A stretch of 64,000 bases of DNA from an uncultured delta proteobacterium (GTDB taxonomy: Bacteria; Desulfobacterota; Binatia; UBA9968), in the NCBI GenBank assembly GCA_963771465.1, contig CAVYTU010000019.1, positions 184,058 through 248,057 on the forward strand, in the 5' to 3' direction. The position numbers and the translations under genes were made by a program. Positions 57,048 to 64,000 of this stretch are shown here, in pieces (positions within the stretch are counted from its first letter, which is position 1; each line of letters opens with the position of its first letter). The notes beneath the pieces are model-generated. The model was given only the letters and a program-made list of their open reading frames with translations. It had not been told where the DNA came from and did no database searches.

Positions 57048-58177
57048 TTTCTTCCCGCCTGCGCCTCTTTGATCACTTTCGTCACCGGCGCCATATCCAA
57101 CCATTCCGGCCGGCCAGCGTAAATATATTTCACGCCTTTTTGCCGCCGGTAATTCGGCGGGATCGCGTCCTGCGAAATATCTTCGCGCATCGATTGGCGC
57201 ACGTCGTTCAACTCGGCATAGATCTTCTGATACGTCTCCTGTCCTTCGCGCGACAGAAGCCAATTGAGCGCGACCTTGGCCGCATTGGGATGGGGCGCGT
57301 TTTTGAAAAGATTCACACCGCCCTGCGATGGGCCGACGAAGGCGCCTTCTTTGAATTGGCCGGGGTCGAAAAACTTCACCGGCAGACCTTGCTTCGCCGC
57401 GTCCTCGATGTCGCTGGCGAAGAACGCCAGCGAGAATTTTCCCGCGCCGAGCCAGTCGATCATTTGCCGTCCATCGCGAGAGTAGGTCAAATCCATCTCG
57501 CCGAAGAATTTTCGCACGAACTCCGCGCCGAGATCGGGATGGTTAAATAGAAACCGCAACGAATGCGCCACCGTGCTGACGCGGCTCACGTCATAGACGA
57601 CGATTTTGCCTTTCCATTTCGGATCGAGGAAGTCCCAGTAAGATCGAAATTCCTTGGGATTGACCAGCTTGGTGTTGTAAGCATTCTCGCCGCCGTGCAC
57701 ATTGCCCTGAAAGACAAAAACATATTTCCCATCGGGATCGGCATAGTGATGCTTGCCGCCCCACCACTTGGACTCGTCCACGACCTCCGGCAAAATCAGC
57801 TGCGGCCGGATCGGTTCAAGGATATTGGCTTTGTAAAAAACCGTGTTCGGCGTCACCACCCCGTTGATGAACAGATCGACGATATACTTGCCGGCGCGCC
57901 GCTCGGACATCACCGCCTGTCCGTGCTCACTGCCCTGGCGTAAAGTATTCGATGTTACCTTGATCTCCGGGTAGCGGCGCTGAAACACCTCGAAAATTTT
58001 CTCGTAGCCCTGACTGCCGTAAAAAGAAATCTCGCCTTCCTTTTTCGCCGCGCTGAGGGTTTTTTCCCATTCAACGTTCCATGACTCCGCGGCTGCTGCA
58101 AAACTTGTCGTCCGACCCAGCATCATCACGAGCACGAACACGAGCCACGAGAAAATCCACCGTCTGCTTTTCATCAC
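57041..58177 (-). CDS. Extracellular solute-binding protein (AfuA/FbpA-like)
   Basis: Signal, WEKTLSAAKKEG, APHPNAAKVALNWLLSREGQ. Confidence 0.85.
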   Translation of the reverse strand: MMKSRRWIFSWLVFVLVMMLGRTTSFAAAAESWNVEWEKTLSAAKKEGEISFYGSQGYEKIFEVFQRRYPEIKVTSNTLRQGSEHGQAVMSERRAGKYIVDLFINGVVTPNTVFYKANILEPIRPQLILPEVVDESKWWGGKHHYADPDGKYVFVFQGNVHGGENAYNTKLVNPKEFRSYWDFLDPKWKGKIVVYDVSRVSTVAHSLRFLFNHPDLGAEFVRKFFGEMDLTYSRDGRQMIDWLGAGKFSLAFFASDIEDAAKQGLPVKFFDPGQFKEGAFVGPSQGGVNLFKNAPHPNAAKVALNWLLSREGQETYQKIYAELNDVRQSMREDISQDAIPPNYRRQKGVKYIYAGRPEWLDMAPVTKVIKEAQAGRKN

Positions 58178-58187
58178 CCATCGCTCC

Positions 58188-58279
58188 CTCCGTCATTCCC
58201 GTGAAAACGGGAATCCAGGCTTTTTCGTTCGGTGGGAGCAAAACAAACCTGGATGCCCGCGTTCGCGGGCATGACGGAG
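58188..58279. repeat. REP element pair (CCGTCATTCCCGTGAAAACGGGAATCCAGG ... CCTGGATGCCCGCGTTCGCGGGCATGACGG)
   Basis: Two inverted palindromic units forming a long hairpin. Confidence 0.75.
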
Positions 58280-58325
58280 TTTCGACCTGTCCTGCAAGAA
58301 ATTTCTCCAATGATCGGCATAGAGA

Positions 58326-59763
58326 TCAATCCAGCTTCAGCACATCCTTCCACTTCTCCAGCGTCGCTCGCCGCGTCTCCTCGGGAAAATAGCACGTCTT
58401 CGCAAATTGATCTTTCCAGTGATAGGGCTGGCAGGCGTTGATGATCGCGACCGAATTCGTGAAATTGCGCGCCGCGCGGGCGTCGGGCGTGATGCGCGGA
58501 TCGAGGGGCGTGCTCCAGGCTTCGCTGATGACGTTGATCGCCGTCGCCGGATCGCAGCGCGTCGCCAGCGCCCATAAGACATCGTCGATATTCGACGGAT
58601 CGACGTCATCGTCGACGATGATGACGAAGCGGCGATGATAGCCGTAAGTCGAACCGAGCATCGCCATCGCGGCGCGCTTGGCATGGCCGCCGTATTTCTG
58701 CTTGATGGAAATCGCCGTGATGTAGCGCGTCTGATATTCCCACACGCCCTGCACGTCGGTGACGCCGGCTTTCTCCAGCGCGAGCCAAACATTGGCGGCA
58801 CTCAGCGGCACCGACTTGCCGGAGATCCCCGGCGGCATGCCGAGGATGATCGGATCGTTGCGGTAAAAAACATTTTTCACTTTGACCACCGGCTCGTTAC
58901 GCGTGCCGGAAGCGTAATACCCCGTCCATTCGCCGAACGGTCCTTCCGCTCGACTGTCTTCCGCCGGCGGCACGATGAAACCTTCGACGCATAACTCGGA
59001 AGTCGCAGGGATCGGCAAGCCGGTTTCTTTGCCGCGGACAACTTTCACCGGCTCGCCGAACAGCCAGCCGGCGATTTCTAATTCCGATACGCCCCAAGGT
59101 TCGTACCAGCTCGCAACTTTTTGCAGCACCGGATCTTGCCCGAAGCTGATGACAACCGGACAGCCTTTTCCTTGCGCCCAATATTTCTCACGAATCAGCC
59201 GCCCGTGTTTGCCCGGCGAAATCCAAATACCCAATGTATTCTTGTCATGCACACAAACGCGATAAGTGCCGACGTTGGTCCACTTGCCGTCGGGATCTTC
59301 CATGATCACCATGCAGCCGGTGCCGATGTAACGCCCGCCGTCTTCCTCATGCCACCGCGGCGTCGGGAATTTTAGCAGATCGACCTTGTCGCCGCTGTCG
59401 CAGTTCTCCGTGATCGGCCCGCTAGGAACTTCCGCCGGTTTGATCGGCGTCTGCTTGCCGAGCCGATCTTTCCACTGGCGAATGATGTCGAGGCCGGTTA
59501 GTTTCGGATCGAGACCGAAAGCCAACGCCGTAGTCGCCGCCGAACAAACCGGATTGGTCACGACGCGAAATCCCTTCGGATAACCTTTGATATTGTCGAA
59601 CAAGACGACTTTCGGATTATTCGCCCGCGCCGCAACTTCGGTAATCGCGCCAAGCTCCAAATCCCAATCCGCGCCGTTGACACGCCGCAACTCACCGAGT
59701 TTGTCTGCGGCAGTCCAGATAGCCGCGCAGGTCTTTGTAAGCTAGCGATGATGGTTCTGTCAT
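58326..59763 (-). CDS. UbiD family (prFMN-dependent) decarboxylase; apparent +1 frameshift near 59712
   Basis: ATG 59763 MTEPSSLAYKDLRGYLD then AADKLGELRRV; NVGTYR, EGPFGEWTGYY, VDDDVDP, WALATR. Confidence 0.88.
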
Positions 59764-59800
59764 AACGTTTCTCTCCCGTTCTTTCCCCTCGCCGCGCGAT

Positions 59801-60750
59801 TCACCGAGATCACCTTATCCGCCCGTTAAAGTCAACCTGTGGAATCTGTCATGCCGATCTGCTTTGCCGTTTTCAGATTGAACACGCTCAAACTTCGTCG
59901 GCTGCTCCACCGGCTGAGGTCGGCGGGCTTGGCTCCCTTCAGGATCTCTGTCCACGTAGTATGCGACGCGCTGGTATCTGTTCCGCTTGTCCGCGCACGT
60001 AGGACATTGAGCCCAGCCGGCTTCTACGATATTACTTTGGGGAGAGGTATAGGCGATGTTAACCGTCGCGTTTAACGAGAAAAATGGACGATCCGTTCTT
60101 GTTGGCGATCGATGAAGCCAGGGCGCCCGGTGACGTAGAGACTATTCCCCGGCTGGCGGCTGCATCGTTTGAAAGCGCGGAACGCGAAGAGGACCTCTTC
60201 GAAACCGTCGCAGCTGTTATCTCGGCAATTGAAGAGTTAATCTTTAGCCGCTTTGACCGCAACTGGGAGATGCTTTTGCACACTCGATGTGGTTGACTAG
60301 CCACTGTAGGAACGGAGATAAGTTTGGGAACGGCATCTTTATGACAGATCAGCCGCCCGCAGTGCTGGGCGGCTGAGTGATCCGCCGACAAGGTGATCGA
60401 ACCGCCGGGACTCTACTGTATAGGACAGCCAGCGACAGGATCGACTCGGGCCGTCGAACGATGAAGCGTCTTGTCGAGCTTGATCAGACGGATAAGGAGA
60501 CCGCTTACCCAGATGATATCGGCCTTGACGCACTCGACAGAGAGCTTAGGAATCCGTAATATGTAGCTACGCTTATGCGGATGCCAGCTCGACTTATGAT
60601 CTCGAGCAAGGGCGGATTCAAGAAAGCGAGATCAACAGGTGAAACGATACCCTATCACGAGAACTTTCATCGGCTACTGTGCATTTGCAAGCGAGTCGAG
60701 ATTAAAAACACCAATGCCGGCTACCAGAAAGTTACTTTCGGGATTAGAGT
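59801..60750 (-). pseudogene. Heavily degenerate third tandem copy of the ABC_sub_bind SBP gene
   Basis: Colinear DNA similarity to 60796-61785 along its length (caccttatccgccc at 59811, agtttgggaacggc at 60321, gattaaaaacaccaatgcc at ~60700), with many indels and no start codon. Confidence 0.75.
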
Positions 60751-60795
60751 TGTGCCCAATGGCAATATCCTATTGCCTTCCAACCCATACCTCTT

Positions 60796-61785
60796 TTACC
60801 GAATCACCTTATCCGCCCGGAACAGCACCGACTGCGGAATCGTCAAGCCGATCTGCTTCGCCGTGTTTAGATTGATGACGAACTCAAACTTCATCGGCCT
60901 CTCCACCGGCAGATCGGCCGGCTTGGCTCCCTTCAATATCCTGTCCACGAAATATGCAACGCGCCGGTAACTGTCCGCGAGGTCCGCCCCGTAGGACATG
61001 AGCCCCCCGGCATCTACAGCTTCTCTGTTGCCGTACATCGACGGTAACCGGCTCTTTAACGCAAAGTCCGACGATCCGTTTTCTGTTAGCACGCATTAGC
61101 GAGCCCCCGATCACGTAGAGTCCATCCGGGCGCTGCTTATTCATCGCAGCAAAAACCTTTTCGAAATCGTCCGCAGCTCGTACCTCCCAAGGCTGAATAG
61201 TCAACTTCAGCGCGCGCGCCGCGACTCTGAGATCCTCTTTCACCTCGACTGCAGCTGCGCGCATCCGGATTGTAAAGAACCGAGACACGGGAAGTTTGGG
61301 AACGGCTTCTTTGAGCAGCTCCAGCCGCTTCCCGGCTAGTTCTCTGGCAAGGTTTGTAAGGCCGGTGACGTTGCCACCGGGACGGGCAAGGCTTTCAACG
61401 TAGCCTGCCTCGACAGGATCGGCCCCACCGCCCACCATAACGATGGGAATCGTCTTGGTCGCATTCATGGCCGCCTGGATCGCCGGGTCCCCTCCTGCTA
61501 CCACGATGATATCGACCTTGAGACGCACCAGCTCGGCCGCAAGCTCAGGAAACCGATCGCGCTTCCCTCAGCGTATCGGTACTCGCTAGCAATGTTCTGT
61601 CCTTCTATGTAGCCACGCTCGCGTAGAGCCAGCCGAATTGCCTCGAAACGGGCGGACTCACGAGCTGGCTCGTTCGACGATAGATACCCTATCCGCGGGA
61701 CTTTCTTCGGCTGCTGCGCATTAGCAAGCGAAGTCGGGATTAAAAACACCAATGCCAGCAACCAGATAGTTACTTTCATGATCAT
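60796..61785 (-). pseudogene. ABC_sub_bind SBP gene with several frameshifts (~61566, ~61290, ~61066)
   Basis: Split over ORFs 61498-61821, 60884-61528 and 60796-61092, which together rebuild a full PF04392-type protein. Confidence 0.75.
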
Positions 61786-61833
61786 GCTTGTGCCCGATGG
61801 CGGTATCCTATTGCCTTCCAACCCATACCTCTT

Positions 61834-62829
61834 TTATCGAATCACCTTATCCGCCCGATACAGCACCGACTGCGGAATCGTGATGCCGATCTGCTTTGCA
61901 GTTTTCAGATTGAACACCAGCTCAAACTTCATCGGCTGCTCGACCGGCAGGTCAGCCGGTTTAGCTCCCTTCAGGATTCGGTCCACGTAGTATGCGACGC
62001 GCCGGTAGCTCTCCGCTTGGTCCGCCCCGTAGGACATGAGCCCGCCAGCATCTACAGCGTCTCTGTTGCTGTACATCGCCGGTAACCGGCTCTTTAGCGC
62101 AAAGCCCGCGGTCCGTTTTTCGTTAGCAAACATTAGCGGGCCGCCGGGCGGCACGTAGAGTCCATTCGGGCGCCACTTACTTAGCTCAGCGAATACCCGC
62201 TCGAAACCGTCCGCATCTCGTACCTCCCAAGACCGAACAGTCAACCCCAGCGCACGCGCCGCGACCGGGAGAACCTCTTTCACATCGCGTACAGCGGGCC
62301 GACTGGCCGGATCGTAGAGAACCGCGACACGGGCAAGTTTGGGAACGGCTTCTTTGAGCAACTCCAGCCGCTTCCCGCCTAGTTCTCTGGTAAGGTTGGT
62401 AAGTCCGGTGACGTTGCCGCCGGGACGGGCAAGGCTTTCAATTAAGCCCGCCTCGACAGGATCGGACGCACTGCCCATCATAACGATGGGAATCGTCTTG
62501 GTCGCATTCTTGGTCGCCAGGATCGCCCTGTCCCCTCCTGTTACAAGTATGATATCAACCTTGAGACGCACCAGCTCGGCCGCAAGCTGAGGGTACCGAT
62601 CGCTCCTCCCCTCCGCATATCGGTACTCGATGGCAATGTTCTGTCCTTCTATGTAGCCAAGCTCGCGCAGAGCCAGTCGAATTGCCTCGGAACGGGTGGA
62701 CTCAGTAGCTGGCTCGAACGCCGACAGATATCCTATCCGAGGGACCTTCTTCGGCTGCTGCGCCTCGGTGATATGAAGAGAGGTGAAAATCAAAGTGAGA
62801 ACCACGCAGCAAAAGATACTTTTCTTCAT
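61834..62829 (-). CDS. ABC transporter substrate-binding protein (ABC_sub_bind, PF04392-type)
   Basis: MKKSIF signal, AQQPKKVPRIGYL, SLARPGGNVTG, RADKVIR. Confidence 0.9.
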   Translation of the reverse strand: MKKSIFCCVVLTLIFTSLHITEAQQPKKVPRIGYLSAFEPATESTRSEAIRLALRELGYIEGQNIAIEYRYAEGRSDRYPQLAAELVRLKVDIILVTGGDRAILATKNATKTIPIVMMGSASDPVEAGLIESLARPGGNVTGLTNLTRELGGKRLELLKEAVPKLARVAVLYDPASRPAVRDVKEVLPVAARALGLTVRSWEVRDADGFERVFAELSKWRPNGLYVPPGGPLMFANEKRTAGFALKSRLPAMYSNRDAVDAGGLMSYGADQAESYRRVAYYVDRILKGAKPADLPVEQPMKFELVFNLKTAKQIGITIPQSVLYRADKVIR

Positions 62830-62945
62830 GGGTTTTCGTTCAGCTACGCCGCGCTCCTTCTGCTTCTTTCTCCCTTGATGCGACAAACACCATATCCTAA
62901 ACTTCTGGCCTCCGTCATCCTGATTCAGTTCCAGTGAAACGACAC

Positions 62946-64000
62946 TTATTTCTGGCTGAAACCTCTACTGATGAAAACCCTGGCGGAGAACGTGAAAAGA
63001 GTTAGAAATAAGATGAGCACGACACCCAACGCCGCGGCGGCGGGCTGGTTCGCTTCCTCATCCCAGTAGTGCCAGAGCATGACCGCCAGCGTGCGATTTT
63101 CTCGGCTCGCCAAAAGCAGCGGAATCGAGAAAGCTCTCACGGCGTGTGCCGCGACCCATATCCAGGCTGCGATGAATGCGGGGCGAATCAGCGGATAGGT
63201 GATTTGCCAGATGATCTGCAGGCGACTCGCGCCGCTCACCTCGCCGGCTTCTTCCAACTCTCGATGGATTTGCGTGATCGCCGCGTTGGTGGAGCGGCTG
63301 GCAAAGGCGACATACTGGGTGATCATCGCCAGCGAGATAATCCAGACGGTGCCGTAGAGCCCGAGATAGCGGAAGGGCGGCTGTAGATAAAGAATGATGA
63401 ATGACAAAGCGACCACCACGCCGGGCACCGCGTGAGAGGCGAAGGTAAGCCCGTCGAGGAGAAATCTGCCGCGCACTTTCGTGCGCACGACCAACCAGGA
63501 GACGGAGAATGCCAAGGCAACGGTGGCGGTCGCCGTAATCACGGTAATCACGATCGTGTTCCACGCCGTGCGCAAGACTTGTGGCTCGTTGAACACGAGC
63601 CGGTAATTATTCCAGCTCGCTTGCGCGAGCGCTTCCATAGAAGGCGGCTGGTAAACGGTAACAGAGAAGTCCAGATGAGCACGCCGAGCGGCAGCGCAAC
63701 GGCGACGAAGAAATAGCCAAAGAACAACGCCAAGGCGAGATAGCGCCAGCGGCCCAGCGTCATGATTCGCGGCCGAAATCCTTTGCCGGTCACCGTGGCG
63801 AAGCGTTCACTCTGGAGCAGAATCGCGCGTTGATAAAAGTAGGCGAACGCCACCGCCATCAAAACGTAACTCGCGGCGAAGGTTGCGCCCAATCCGTAAT
63901 TGGCGAGCGGCTCACGGGTCGAAATATAGATCATCGTGCTGTAGACATAGACATTGCCGGGAAGGCCGACAACCAGCGGCGCCTCGAAGGATTCCATCGA
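62946..64000 (-). CDS. Fe3+/FbpB-type ABC permease, 5' end outside the window; apparent -1 frameshift near 63654
   Basis: ORFs 63548-63997 (ESFEAP..VGLP, TVTGKGFRP) and 62946-63638 (ELEEAGEVSGA) join as LLPFYQPPSMEAL if one T is restored in a T run. Confidence 0.8.

Noticed and set aside
60059-60970. Small novel ORFs or a toxin-antitoxin/mobile insert (60084-60296, 60377-60559, 60575-60970)
   Set aside because: The DNA aligns colinearly with the neighbouring ABC_sub_bind gene on the minus strand, so it is a degenerate copy.
1-64000. tRNA, rRNA, riboswitch, IS element or prophage
   Set aside because: None recognisable by eye; an Infernal/tRNAscan run is needed to exclude small RNAs formally.

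Overview
GC-rich bacterial window with about 57 protein-coding loci, mostly on the minus strand. It is almost entirely solute-binding proteins (SBPs) and catabolic-type redox, decarboxylase and hydrolase enzymes. I see no transcription regulator, RNA gene, transposase or CRISPR array. The SBP expansions and intergenic short repeats resemble Candidatus Binatota ('Deltaproteobacteria') MAGs; this is inference only. Main content: (1) three paralogous heme-oxygenase-like diiron (CADD/HDO-type) genes at 1-3237, at the end of a minus-strand run with a Mo-hydroxylase large subunit, a split ThDP decarboxylase (ComDE-like), a dienelactone hydrolase and a VOC protein; (2) a ~27 kb array (31.9-58.2 kb) of ten AfuA/FbpA-like SBPs plus one deletion remnant. 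In this array four Rieske oxygenase genes each directly follow an SBP gene around one FbpBC-like permease/ATPase pair, and six SBPs carry a CxxC/CxC motif where FbpA has its iron-binding YY; (3) two signal-peptide-less NMT1/THI5-fold proteins; (4) enzymes with replaced catalytic residues (a D-2-hydroxyacid dehydrogenase and an Asp/Glu/hydantoin racemase homolog); (5) a TonB/TolA-like anchored protein with an unrecognised Cys-rich domain; (6) a tandem triplet of PF04392-type SBP genes in graded states of decay. Scattered single-base indels in otherwise intact genes suggest long-read consensus errors. All family calls come from manual motif recognition, without database searches.
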